This document shows, piece after piece, positions 27,665 through 36,862 of a DNA stretch of 64,000 nt (position 1 is its first letter; each line of letters opens with the position of its first letter). The stretch is from the NCBI GenBank assembly GCA_964485235.1, contig CAZAIO010000001.1, positions 8,657 to 72,656 of the forward strand, given 5' to 3'. Below the pieces are notes generated by a model. The model had not been told where the DNA came from and searched no databases. It saw only the letters and a list, made by a program, of their open reading frames with translations. Source of the DNA: an uncultured Dehalococcoidales bacterium. Its GTDB lineage: Bacteria; Chloroflexota; Dehalococcoidia; GIF9; UBA5629. The translations under genes were made by a program, and so were the position numbers.

Positions 27665-30600
27665 TTATTCTGCCGCTTTATTGATACCGAAAATAACTTC
27701 TTTGCCGGACAATTTATGTTTTTCAGTATAACTTTCTACAGGGGGTGTTTCCGCAATAAGATCGCGTGACAGGGTCTCCTGGCGAATATAATCCCCGAAC
27801 TTTTCCATAACTGTTGCAAGAGAATTGTCGTCGGAATAATACACTATTATAGAATCAGTTATATCCAGCCCGGCGGAACGTCTCATGGTCTGCAAACGCC
27901 TCACTACCTCACGAGCTATACCTTCAGCTTTCAATTCCGGAGATAACTCTGTATCTACCGCAACCCAGAGATCGCCTTCCGTGACCGCAATAATACCGGG
28001 AGCACCATCCTCTACAGCATTCTCTATATACTCGATACTTTTTACATTTAATTCATCGAGTATCTGATTATCCAGTCTCACCAGGTAGTTTTGTTCCGTC
28101 TCCGATTTAATTCTTACAAGTACTTTCGGTAAAGGTTGCCTGACCTTTACTCCCGCTTTTGCCCTGGCGGCACGGCCGAGACTACACACCTTCATTACAA
28201 GGTCGGTAGCATCATCGAGCTTTCGGTCTATTAAGGATCTATCTGCAACGGGAAATTCAGTAAGATGAACACTTTGCGCGGCATCCGTATCGACAGACAA
28301 TACCATGTTCCGGTAAAGCGCTTCAGCTACAAACGGGATAAAAGGAGCAAGCAGCTTTGAGAGGACAACGAGGCACCGGTAGAGCGTATAGTATGCCGAC
28401 ATTTTATCGTCATCACTCTGGCTTTTCCAAAAACGGCGACGGCTGCGTCTTACATACCAGTTTGAAAGGTCGTTGACAAAAATCTCTATTTTCCGCCCGC
28501 CTGTAGTTGGATCATAATGCTCGAGCGCATCCTCAACATCGATAATAAGCTGGTTCAATCTTGAAAGAGCCCATTTGTCCAGGTCAGATGATGTGGTAAC
28601 TTCCCTGTTGTCAGGACTAAACTGGTCGATATTGGCATACATGACAAAAAAGGAGTACGTATTCCAGAGTGTAAGCATAAAATTGCGCACGACCTCTGAA
28701 ACCATATCGGTGGAAAAACGCCGTACATTTCCTGCCGGAGAAGAGGTGAAAAGATACCATCTGACTGCATCGGCACCGTATTCATCGAGCACTTTCCACG
28801 GGTCGACAACATTTCCTTTCGCCTTGCTCATTTTTTCGCCTTCGGCGTCGAGAATATGGCCGAGACAGATTACGTTTTCAAAGCAATTTTTCCCGAAAAG
28901 CAACGTTGAAAGTGCATGCAGACTATAGAACCAACCGCGCGTCTGGTCGACAGCTTCACAAATATAATCGGCGGGGAAACTGTGCTCAAATACATCGTTA
29001 TTTTCAAAAGGATAGTGGAATTGCGCAAGCGGCATATTTCCGGAATCAAACCAGCAGTCGATTACTTCCGGCTGCCTTTTCATTGTTCCGCCACACCCGG
29101 GACAGGAGAAAGTGATATTATCTACGTACGGACGATGAAGGTCCAATGATTCAGTAAGTCCGCTGATTCCGGGTTTATCACGCAGTTCGGAAACACTTCC
29201 TATACATTCATAATGCCCGCATTCCGGACAATTCCAGATACAAAGCGGTGTTCCCCAGTAACGTTCTCGCGAAAACGCCCAGTCGATGTTATTATTCAGC
29301 CAATCTCCAAAACGGCCGTATTTAATATGGTCCGGGTACCAGTTGATACGCGCATTACCGGCGATAAGCTCTTCTTTTTTCGCAGTTGTCCTGATGTACC
29401 ATGTCCGTTTCGCATAATAAAGCAACGGTGACTCACAACGCCAGCAAAAAGGATAAGTATGCTTTATAGTCTCGCTCCTGAATAAAAGACCGCGCGCTTT
29501 CAGGTCTTCAAGCACCATCGGGTCTGCATCTTTGACGAATTTACCCGAAAACGGATAAGTGCCGGTCATTTTGCCTTCCAGGCTGACCGGTTGTACAAAA
29601 TCGAGACCATTAATCTTGCCTGCATCAAAATCCACTTCCCCGAAAGCAGGTGCAACATGTACAATACCCGTTCCGTCATCCAGCGACACAAAATCCGCGC
29701 CTATCACATGATAGGTAAGATCGGGAACAGTTTCCTGTACCTCGAATTCTTCTCGTATAGAACCAGCATTAACATGATTATCGGTCCGCGGACGTCTCCG
29801 CTCTACTCCGAACTTATGAGGATTAAAGAGCGGTTCATAGGTTGCATTCACCAGTGTATCGCCCTTTACTATTTCTTCAATCCGGGCATCACCGAGCCCT
29901 ACCGATGCGAGCAGGTCTACCGCCATGATTAGATATTCATCATTGACTTCAATAACAGCGTATTCAGCTTCAGGTGCAATAGCCAGTGCAGTATTACCCG
30001 GTAATGTCCACGGTGTCGTAGTCCATGCCAGGAAATATGCATTCTTTTCAGAAAAACATTTCTCCAGCTTCCGGATAACCGTGTCCGAAAGCTTCGTATG
30101 CCTGAGTGAGTCCTGCACAAGTTTAAACTTTATGTAAACTGATGGGTCTTCTGTATCTTCACGATACCCCAGGGCTACTTCATGGGAACTAAGCGATGTT
30201 CCACATCTCGGACAATGCGGGGTCGTCTTGTACCCCTGATACACCAGTCCCTTATCCCACAATTGTTTGATAGTCCACCAGCCGGACTCGATATAGTTAT
30301 TATCTAGTGTGATATAGGGGTGGTCCAGATCAAGCCAGAAGCCGATGCGTTTGGTTATCGCATTCCAACCGTCCAGATATTTAAAAACGCTTTCCCTGCA
30401 AAGTGCATTGAACTCGGCTACTCCATATTGTTCGATCTCTGCCTTACCTGAAAAACCAAGCTTCTTCTCTATTTCCAGTTCAACAGGGAGTCCGTGTGTA
30501 TCCCATCCGGCTTTTCTGGGTGCATAAAAGCCTTTCATACATTTATAACGCGGCATGATATCTTTGAACACCCTTGACAGGACGTGATGAATTCCGGGGT

Positions 30601-30757
30601 TACCGTTCGCAGTAGGAGGGCCGTCATAGAGGGTATATTGTGTTGCCCCGCGGCGAGCTTCAACACTCTTCTCAAATATTTTTTGGTCTTCCCAAAAATC
30701 AAGGATTTCCTTTTCCAGCTGCGGAAAATTAATCCTGCTGTTTACCGGTTTAAACAT
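27665..30757 (-). CDS. ileS: Isoleucine--tRNA ligase (type 2, 1030 aa).
   Basis: HIGH-type motif (PPTANGNPGIHH), KMSKS (KMSKAKGN), zinc-binding cysteines, and overall class-I LIVM synthetase architecture. Confidence 0.95.
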   Translation of the reverse strand: MFKPVNSRINFPQLEKEILDFWEDQKIFEKSVEARRGATQYTLYDGPPTANGNPGIHHVLSRVFKDIMPRYKCMKGFYAPRKAGWDTHGLPVELEIEKKLGFSGKAEIEQYGVAEFNALCRESVFKYLDGWNAITKRIGFWLDLDHPYITLDNNYIESGWWTIKQLWDKGLVYQGYKTTPHCPRCGTSLSSHEVALGYREDTEDPSVYIKFKLVQDSLRHTKLSDTVIRKLEKCFSEKNAYFLAWTTTPWTLPGNTALAIAPEAEYAVIEVNDEYLIMAVDLLASVGLGDARIEEIVKGDTLVNATYEPLFNPHKFGVERRRPRTDNHVNAGSIREEFEVQETVPDLTYHVIGADFVSLDDGTGIVHVAPAFGEVDFDAGKINGLDFVQPVSLEGKMTGTYPFSGKFVKDADPMVLEDLKARGLLFRSETIKHTYPFCWRCESPLLYYAKRTWYIRTTAKKEELIAGNARINWYPDHIKYGRFGDWLNNNIDWAFSRERYWGTPLCIWNCPECGHYECIGSVSELRDKPGISGLTESLDLHRPYVDNITFSCPGCGGTMKRQPEVIDCWFDSGNMPLAQFHYPFENNDVFEHSFPADYICEAVDQTRGWFYSLHALSTLLFGKNCFENVICLGHILDAEGEKMSKAKGNVVDPWKVLDEYGADAVRWYLFTSSPAGNVRRFSTDMVSEVVRNFMLTLWNTYSFFVMYANIDQFSPDNREVTTSSDLDKWALSRLNQLIIDVEDALEHYDPTTGGRKIEIFVNDLSNWYVRRSRRRFWKSQSDDDKMSAYYTLYRCLVVLSKLLAPFIPFVAEALYRNMVLSVDTDAAQSVHLTEFPVADRSLIDRKLDDATDLVMKVCSLGRAARAKAGVKVRQPLPKVLVRIKSETEQNYLVRLDNQILDELNVKSIEYIENAVEDGAPGIIAVTEGDLWVAVDTELSPELKAEGIAREVVRRLQTMRRSAGLDITDSIIVYYSDDNSLATVMEKFGDYIRQETLSRDLIAETPPVESYTEKHKLSGKEVIFGINKAAE

Positions 30758-30759
30758 TG

Positions 30760-31416
30760 CTAATGATGTTTCCTTAGCTGGATGACCACTTTTCTTCTCT
30801 CTCCGAAATCTATGCTGTGTGTTGAGACATCCGGATTCTCAGCCAGTGCCAGATGGATAATACGTCGCTCATCCGCCGGCATAGGCTCAAGATTCATAGA
30901 CCGTTTGCTCGTTTTTACCTGTTCGGCAACACGCAGCGCCAGATTTTTCAGTGCATTATACCGTCGCTTTTTATAACCTTCGATATCTACTGTAATTGGT
31001 GCCCATAGCTTGAACTTCTCAGCGACAATAAGCTTGACCATATATTGCAGCGACGATAAAGCCTGACCACGCCTGCCTATCAATACTCCAAGGTCATCAC
31101 CTTCAATATTCAAAGTAATCTGCTGGCTATCTTCCTCTGATTCAATGATTTTAATTTCAGCCGCAAGCCCCAGATGTTTAAGAAGCGTTTCCAATACTGA
31201 TTTTGCTTCTTCAGCAATGTTGTTTTGTTCTACATTATTATCAAGAAACCTTACCTTAACTCTGGCTTCTTCCGCCCCTACCCCCAGCACTCCCGATCTG
31301 CCTTTCTTCACCACGTCTATCTCCACCTGGTTTTTGGTAGCACCAAGCTGCACTAAAGCTGACTCTACAGCTTCATCAACTGTTCTGGCATTTACTTCAA
31401 TTTCTTTTTTATTCAC
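30760..31416 (-). CDS. jag: Jag/SpoIIIJ-associated KH-R3H RNA-binding protein.
   Basis: KH and R3H domain order. Conserved position downstream of yidC. Confidence 0.8.
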   Translation of the reverse strand: MNKKEIEVNARTVDEAVESALVQLGATKNQVEIDVVKKGRSGVLGVGAEEARVKVRFLDNNVEQNNIAEEAKSVLETLLKHLGLAAEIKIIESEEDSQQITLNIEGDDLGVLIGRRGQALSSLQYMVKLIVAEKFKLWAPITVDIEGYKKRRYNALKNLALRVAEQVKTSKRSMNLEPMPADERRIIHLALAENPDVSTHSIDFGERRKVVIQLRKHH

Positions 31417-32240
31417 TTCTTAAATAATCCCTTTTTCTTCTCGTATGCTTTGCTTACTACTTTTGATTGTTGCTCCGCAGCAGGTAATTTTGGAGTTGGC
31501 GCTGCTTTCTTTATAGTCGGAGTAAATTTAAGATAGCCCCATCCACCTGTGGCAAAATATTGAATCGCAATACCTATAAGATTCGATACCACCCAGTACA
31601 AAGCAAGTCCACTCGGGAATGATAGTGTAAACAGACCGAACATTAACGGCATCATTAATGTCGTCATTTGTGTCATCGATTGCTGTTTAGGATCAGTAGG
31701 AGGCGCAGTAACCATTTTTTGCTGTATCCACATCGAGCCGCCTACCAGAATTGCCAGGACAAATGTTGAGTCCGGCTTCGACAGGTGGAGCCATAGAAAT
31801 TGTTCGTTCAATGGTATAGCGTGTGTAACTACTGTCCATTCATAAAGATGCCGGGACAGGTCGAGCAAATTTTCCGGTGTTGCTGCAAGAGCCCGGATAA
31901 TAGCCTGATAAAGTGCAATCCATATAGGGAACTGTAATAACATCGGCCACATGCATCCCAGCGGGTTAATTCCGGCCTCTTTATACAGCGCCATAATCTC
32001 CTGCTGCAGTTTTTGCTGGTTCCTGCCGTACTTCTTTTGAAGCTCCTGAATTCTAGGCTGTAGGGACTGCATGGCTTTGGTCGATCGTGTCTGGCGTACG
32101 GTAAGCGGATACATTATCAGACGGACAACGATCGTAAGCAAGATAATTGCAACTCCGAAATTGTCCATCAACATCGTACTTAATGCGATAAGACAATTAA
32201 TTACCGGATTGAGTATTATTAAATTCCAAATTTCAATCAT
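31413..32240 (-). CDS. yidC: Membrane protein insertase YidC (short monoderm-type form).
   Basis: 275 aa. Conserved hydrophilic-groove region. Overlaps the jag start by 4 bp. Confidence 0.85.
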   Translation of the reverse strand: MIEIWNLIILNPVINCLIALSTMLMDNFGVAIILLTIVVRLIMYPLTVRQTRSTKAMQSLQPRIQELQKKYGRNQQKLQQEIMALYKEAGINPLGCMWPMLLQFPIWIALYQAIIRALAATPENLLDLSRHLYEWTVVTHAIPLNEQFLWLHLSKPDSTFVLAILVGGSMWIQQKMVTAPPTDPKQQSMTQMTTLMMPLMFGLFTLSFPSGLALYWVVSNLIGIAIQYFATGGWGYLKFTPTIKKAAPTPKLPAAEQQSKVVSKAYEKKKGLFKK

Positions 32241-32248
32241 AAATTACA

Positions 32249-33445
32249 TTACTCAATTTTTGTATCAAATTCCCAGAGTTGATTGCCGCTTTGTATATCA
32301 ATAGCATATATTTTATGGTTCCTTGCATGAACAAAAATAGTATCACCCTCTGCGAAAAGCGGAGCCATAACGGTTGCATCGATTGAAACTTGAAGTAATG
32401 AAGAACCGGTGGTTTTATCGATAGAATGTAATTCTCCGGACTCTGAAACAACAACCACACGATTGCCCGTCAATACAGGCGGCGATACGATCGGGTCGTC
32501 AACAGTGAACTTCCATAGTTCCTTACCGGTTTGCAGATCTATAGCATAAAGAGTTTTATCGAGACATGCGGCGTAAACTGTTGTTCCCTCTACCACAGGA
32601 GCAGCCCAGAACCAGTTCTCTCCTTTGAATTGCCATAAAAGACTGCCGTCCTGCTTGTTGAGCGCATAAAGATAACGGTCGAAGGCGCCGTACAATATTG
32701 TATTGCCGGAACAAACGGGTGAAGATGCCATAGATGCGGGCAATTTCTTTTGCCATAATTCATTACCATCTTCTGCATTAAGCGCATAGAGATTTCCATC
32801 GTAGCTACCGATATAGACCACTCCGTCACTCACTGCCGGTGATGTCCATATCCGTTGTTCAGTGAGTTTGACCTCCCATTTTTTCGCCACATATTCGGCA
32901 TCAATTGCATACACGCTTCCGTTGGAACTAGTAATATAAATAATACCCTTATCGATCACCATATTTCCCACCACTTTACCAATCCCCTCCCCCTGCACGG
33001 GATATTTCTTACCTATTTCTCCCGCTACTTTTTCGTCGCGATATAACGCATATAATTGACCGTCATTTGCACTATACGTAGCTACAAATACGTATTCATC
33101 TGATAATACCGGGGTACTGTAAATTACAGCGCCTGCGGATTGTTGTTGCCCGCATGAAAACATAGGCCCGCATAATCCACCGGCAGGAGCCGCAGATTTT
33201 ACATCAGTTGCAATCCATTCGCCTTCACTACTGGGGAAAGCAAGGCCTTTACTGCGAGCAGAAGGATTTATAGCCAGTAAATTACCGTCCATAGATCCGA
33301 CATAAAGAATACCATCCATAGTCGCAAAACCGGACCAGCCTTGGGCAGCCGGACCGCCACAACCCGTTGTAGTGCCGGTAGCCGACATACACCCCGTACA
33401 GACAGCGAGCAGGACTATGGTTATCAGCAAACTGATTTTTCTCAT
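32249..33445 (-). CDS. PQQ-like beta-propeller repeat lipoprotein (BamB-like fold).
   Basis: Lipobox LAVCTGC. Repeated G-x-LYA-xD-xx-GxxLW blades occur about 8 times. Confidence 0.65.
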   Translation of the reverse strand: MRKISLLITIVLLAVCTGCMSATGTTTGCGGPAAQGWSGFATMDGILYVGSMDGNLLAINPSARSKGLAFPSSEGEWIATDVKSAAPAGGLCGPMFSCGQQQSAGAVIYSTPVLSDEYVFVATYSANDGQLYALYRDEKVAGEIGKKYPVQGEGIGKVVGNMVIDKGIIYITSSNGSVYAIDAEYVAKKWEVKLTEQRIWTSPAVSDGVVYIGSYDGNLYALNAEDGNELWQKKLPASMASSPVCSGNTILYGAFDRYLYALNKQDGSLLWQFKGENWFWAAPVVEGTTVYAACLDKTLYAIDLQTGKELWKFTVDDPIVSPPVLTGNRVVVVSESGELHSIDKTTGSSLLQVSIDATVMAPLFAEGDTIFVHARNHKIYAIDIQSGNQLWEFDTKIE

Positions 33446-33494
33446 TCTTTTACCTGTTCAATCAATATCATAAAACACAACATATCAAATATAT

Positions 33495-33704
33495 TCAAGG
33501 TACCGGGTCATAGCCGCCCTGAGACCACGGATGACAACGGCAAATCCTCCCGGTTGCCATTATACATCCTTTTAACAGCCCGTATTTACCAATAGCTTCA
33601 CATGCATACTGCGAACAGGTCGGCATATATCTACACGAAGGCGGCGTCACTTGAGATATGGTAGTTTGATATAGCTTAATAAGCTTAAGTACTAACTGTT
33701 TCAT
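33495..33704 (-). CDS. yidD: Membrane protein insertion efficiency factor YidD.
   Basis: 69 aa. Conserved CRYxPTCSxYA motif. Confidence 0.85.
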   Translation of the reverse strand: MKQLVLKLIKLYQTTISQVTPPSCRYMPTCSQYACEAIGKYGLLKGCIMATGRICRCHPWSQGGYDPVP

Positions 33705-34047
33705 CCTTATAAAGTAACAGATCGGCTCGATCCAGTAGTTTCATTATCGAACGATGCAGTACATTAAAATCAGCATTGTTAATATCCTGACGGGCAATGA
33801 AGACTATATCCCAACCCGGTTTAATCTGTATCACCCGAACAATCTCTTTTAATACACGCCTGGTACGATTTCGAACTACGGCATTACCGATGCTTTTCGT
33901 TACTGAAAAACCATATCTGGTAAATCCTAAATCATTTATTACCGACTTCACTACCAGATATCTATCGGCTTTTGCACTACCCTGTTCGTATACTCTGAGA
34001 AAACAGGCCCTCTTTTTCAAAGACCATTTTCTTCTCATATCCACCAT
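33685..34047 (-). CDS. rnpA: Ribonuclease P protein component.
   Basis: 120 aa basic protein located between rpmH and yidD. Confidence 0.8.
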   Translation of the reverse strand: MVDMRRKWSLKKRACFLRVYEQGSAKADRYLVVKSVINDLGFTRYGFSVTKSIGNAVVRNRTRRVLKEIVRVIQIKPGWDIVFIARQDINNADFNVLHRSIMKLLDRADLLLYKDETVST

Positions 34048-34187
34048 TAATTAGGAGTTAGTCGCCAGCGTCCCTTTAATCGTCTTTGTTTAAGTACCTG
34101 CTTGCCACCACGAGTCGCTATTCTACTTCGAAACCCGTTCTTGCGCTTTCGATAAGTCTTCTTAGGCTGATAGGTTCTCTTCGGCAT
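34047..34187 (-). CDS. rpmH: 50S ribosomal protein L34. Not present in the supplied ORF track.
   Basis: Manual translation gives [46 protein letters not shown]. An RBS ggagg lies 9 nt upstream. The stop overlaps the rnpA start by 1 nt. Confidence 0.8.
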   Translation of the reverse strand: MPKRTYQPKKTYRKRKNGFRSRIATRGGKQVLKQRRLKGRWRLTPN

Positions 34188-34575
34188 CCTGGGTTTCCTC
34201 CGTAGCGGCGACTTCGCCTTTTGCTGTTTCTTCTACTCTTTCTTCAACTTTCGCTACAACTTTTTCTTCAATTCTCGCCTCGCTCCTCATCGCTCTTCCC
34301 TCAAATACCGGCCCAAAATGTGTAGGAGCATATGGTAATAATGCTAAAAAGCGTGCTCTTTTAATCGCGGTAGCCAGATGTCTCTGGTGTTTGGCACAAA
34401 CACCGGTCCGGCGACGGGGTTCAATCTTCCCCCTATCAGATATATATTTACTCAGTCGAGTAATATCTTTATAGTCAATTTCGGCATTATCCACACAGAA
34501 AGCACATACTTTCGGCTTCATTACGAAACGCCGGACTCTGTGTGTTTTCGTCTTTATTCCACGGCCTTTTACCAT
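34162..34575 (-). CDS. rpsR: 30S ribosomal protein S18 with an acidic, Glu/Lys-rich C-terminal extension of about 40 aa.
   Basis: CxFC...IDYKD...[28 protein letters not shown] core. The extension overlaps the rpmH start by 26 nt. Confidence 0.8.
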   Translation of the reverse strand: MVKGRGIKTKTHRVRRFVMKPKVCAFCVDNAEIDYKDITRLSKYISDRGKIEPRRRTGVCAKHQRHLATAIKRARFLALLPYAPTHFGPVFEGRAMRSEARIEEKVVAKVEERVEETAKGEVAATEETQDAEENLSA

Positions 34576-34606
34576 TCCTCGATACTATCCTCTCTATAAT
34601 AAAATT

Positions 34607-35014
34607 TCAAAACGGCAGGTCTTCAGGGTCTACTTCGTCAGCAATCTCAACCGCATTATCATCACCGGGGAACGTAGCAACAGTCTGTTTATCAAGAAAC
34701 AGCACCCTGTTTGCCACCACTTCTACTCTCGACCTTCTTTGCCCGTCCTGACCTTCCCACATTCGTGTTCGCAAGCTCCCCTCAACATATACTCTCTGCC
34801 CTTTCGTTAAAAACTGATTACAGCTTTCAGCCAGCTTACGCCAGGTTACTATTGTGAACCATTCCGTTTCCTGTTTGCGTTCACCATCCGACGTTGTATA
34901 CACTCTATTGGTAGCAATACGGAAGGAAGTCACTGCATTGCCGTTCGGTGTGAAACGCATTTCAGGATCGGTCCCGACATTTCCAATGAGCATTACTTTA
35001 TTTAAAGTCGCCAT
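34607..35014 (-). CDS. ssb: Single-stranded DNA-binding protein.
   Basis: OB-fold N-terminus (LNKVMLIGNVG...RFTPNG) and the acidic C-terminal tail DEVDPEDLPF. Confidence 0.9.
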   Translation of the reverse strand: MATLNKVMLIGNVGTDPEMRFTPNGNAVTSFRIATNRVYTTSDGERKQETEWFTIVTWRKLAESCNQFLTKGQRVYVEGSLRTRMWEGQDGQRRSRVEVVANRVLFLDKQTVATFPGDDNAVEIADEVDPEDLPF

Positions 35015-35039
35015 TGCACACCTCTCTTCACAACTAAGC

Positions 35040-35321
35040 TCATACTCGAATCATTAAATGCCTTATCACTTCGTCTGAAAGACGGATATTCGCTTCAAGC
35101 GCTTTCATTGATTCCGGGTCTAATTCCAGCCGGGTAAACACATAATTCCCCTCTGCATACCTCCTGATCGGATAAGCCATTCTCTTCCTTCCCCATGTAT
35201 TGACCTCGACTACATTTCCACCGGCTTTGGAAACAGACTGACTTACCTTGTCAATTAACTTGGGTAAATCCTCGTCCGTTACTTCCGGGCTTACTATATA
35301 TACTAACTCATATCCTGCCAC
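35040..35321 (-). CDS. rpsF: 30S ribosomal protein S6.
   Basis: MAGYELVYIVSP... start, and position 5' of ssb-rpsR. Confidence 0.9.
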   Translation of the reverse strand: MAGYELVYIVSPEVTDEDLPKLIDKVSQSVSKAGGNVVEVNTWGRKRMAYPIRRYAEGNYVFTRLELDPESMKALEANIRLSDEVIRHLMIRV

Positions 35322-35567
35322 TTTATCACCTTTACATATTAAAAAGCTGGAGTATTATAACACATCGTGAGAAATAAAGCAGCCTCATTGTAATATACGT
35401 TCGAAGTTTACGCCAAACGTGTACAAAACACGCCTGAATACAGGAATTTTTATCCTTATCTTATCTCACTAAAAACTTCACGAGCCATGTTAAATGATAA
35501 TATGTCGCTTGATTACGTCTTGCATTTTGTATGTCTCTACGCTATAGTTTCCATACGGGAGCTACTT

Positions 35568-36668
35568 TTGGAAGTCAGTATTATCGGCCTGCCAAAATGC
35601 GGAAAGACTACCATATTCAACGCACTCACCGGCGGAATAGCAGACACCAGAGCTTATTCTTCATCTAGCCTGAATCCAAATATTGGTATTGCAAAAGTAC
35701 CTGACCGGAGACTCGAAACACTAACAAATATCTTTAAACCTGAAAAGATTACACCGGCGGAAATAAAATATGTAGATATCGGTGGTCTTTCCCGGGGTTA
35801 TCAAAAAGACGAAATCATACACGGACAGTATCTGAACCTCCTGAGCAATGCCGATTCGCTACTTCATATTGTTCGAGCGTTTGATAGCGACGGTACATCA
35901 CCCGGTGAACATGACGCCGATCCGGTACGTGATTTATCTACGCTTGACCTGGAGCTGATCGTATCAGATGTAAATATAATCAATAGACGGCTCGAACGAA
36001 TAGAAATAAATCTTAAAGGCGCCAGAACAGGGGAACGGGACCGTCATCTCCATGAACAATCATTGCTCTTCGGGATAAAATCGGGACTGGAACAGGAGGT
36101 CCCTATATGGAAACAGGACCTGACACATAATGAAATACAGAGCCTGTCAAGCTACCCGTTTCTTACCGCAAAACCTGTGTTGATTATTATTAATATCGGA
36201 GAAGAACAAATAGGACAAACGGCAGCAATTGAAGCAGAAATACGATCATTATATGCTTATCCGCAATTTGATATAGTGACATTATGCGGCAAGCTTGAGA
36301 TGGAGCTGGCTCAATTACATGACGAGGAAGCAGAAATATTTCGCAGCACCTATGGACTCTCCAAACCCGCGCTCGATACAGTAATCGGCACTTCATTCCG
36401 GTTACTGGGCCTTATTTCATTCTTTACCACGTTATCGGATGAGTTAAAAGCTTGGACTATTCCCTCAGGAACAAATGCGTTAAAGGCGGCCGGTAAAATA
36501 CATTCAGATATAGAAAAGGGATTTATTCGTGCTGAAGTGATCCACTACGAAGACCTGGAAATGTGCGATAGTCCTGCTGAATGTCGAAAAAAGGGGCTAT
36601 TGAAGCTCGAAGGGAAAATTTATTCCATTCAGGACGGTGATATCATCACGTTTCTATTCAATATATGA
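35568..36668 (+). CDS. ychF: Ribosome-binding ATPase YchF.
   Basis: Walker A GLPKCGKTT, a YchF-specific coiled-coil insertion, and a TGS domain. Start set at the TTG at 35568, which has an RBS gggag. The M-start ORF at 35487 would add an atypical 27-aa leader. Confidence 0.8.
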   Translation: MEVSIIGLPKCGKTTIFNALTGGIADTRAYSSSSLNPNIGIAKVPDRRLETLTNIFKPEKITPAEIKYVDIGGLSRGYQKDEIIHGQYLNLLSNADSLLHIVRAFDSDGTSPGEHDADPVRDLSTLDLELIVSDVNIINRRLERIEINLKGARTGERDRHLHEQSLLFGIKSGLEQEVPIWKQDLTHNEIQSLSSYPFLTAKPVLIIINIGEEQIGQTAAIEAEIRSLYAYPQFDIVTLCGKLEMELAQLHDEEAEIFRSTYGLSKPALDTVIGTSFRLLGLISFFTTLSDELKAWTIPSGTNALKAAGKIHSDIEKGFIRAEVIHYEDLEMCDSPAECRKKGLLKLEGKIYSIQDGDIITFLFNI

Positions 36669-36862
36669 TAAAAACATTATAATAATATAATTGTACAGAA
36701 GTACAATCGGTTATTATTGCGTTTTTATATTGACACTATAAAGCACAGATGATAACCTTCATTAGTTAACAATCGACCGGAACTTTCAACCGGTCACCCG
36801 GAAGTACAAGATAATAAATCTCTATCCCTCTGATACAATAATACTATTGAAAAGGAAAGAAA

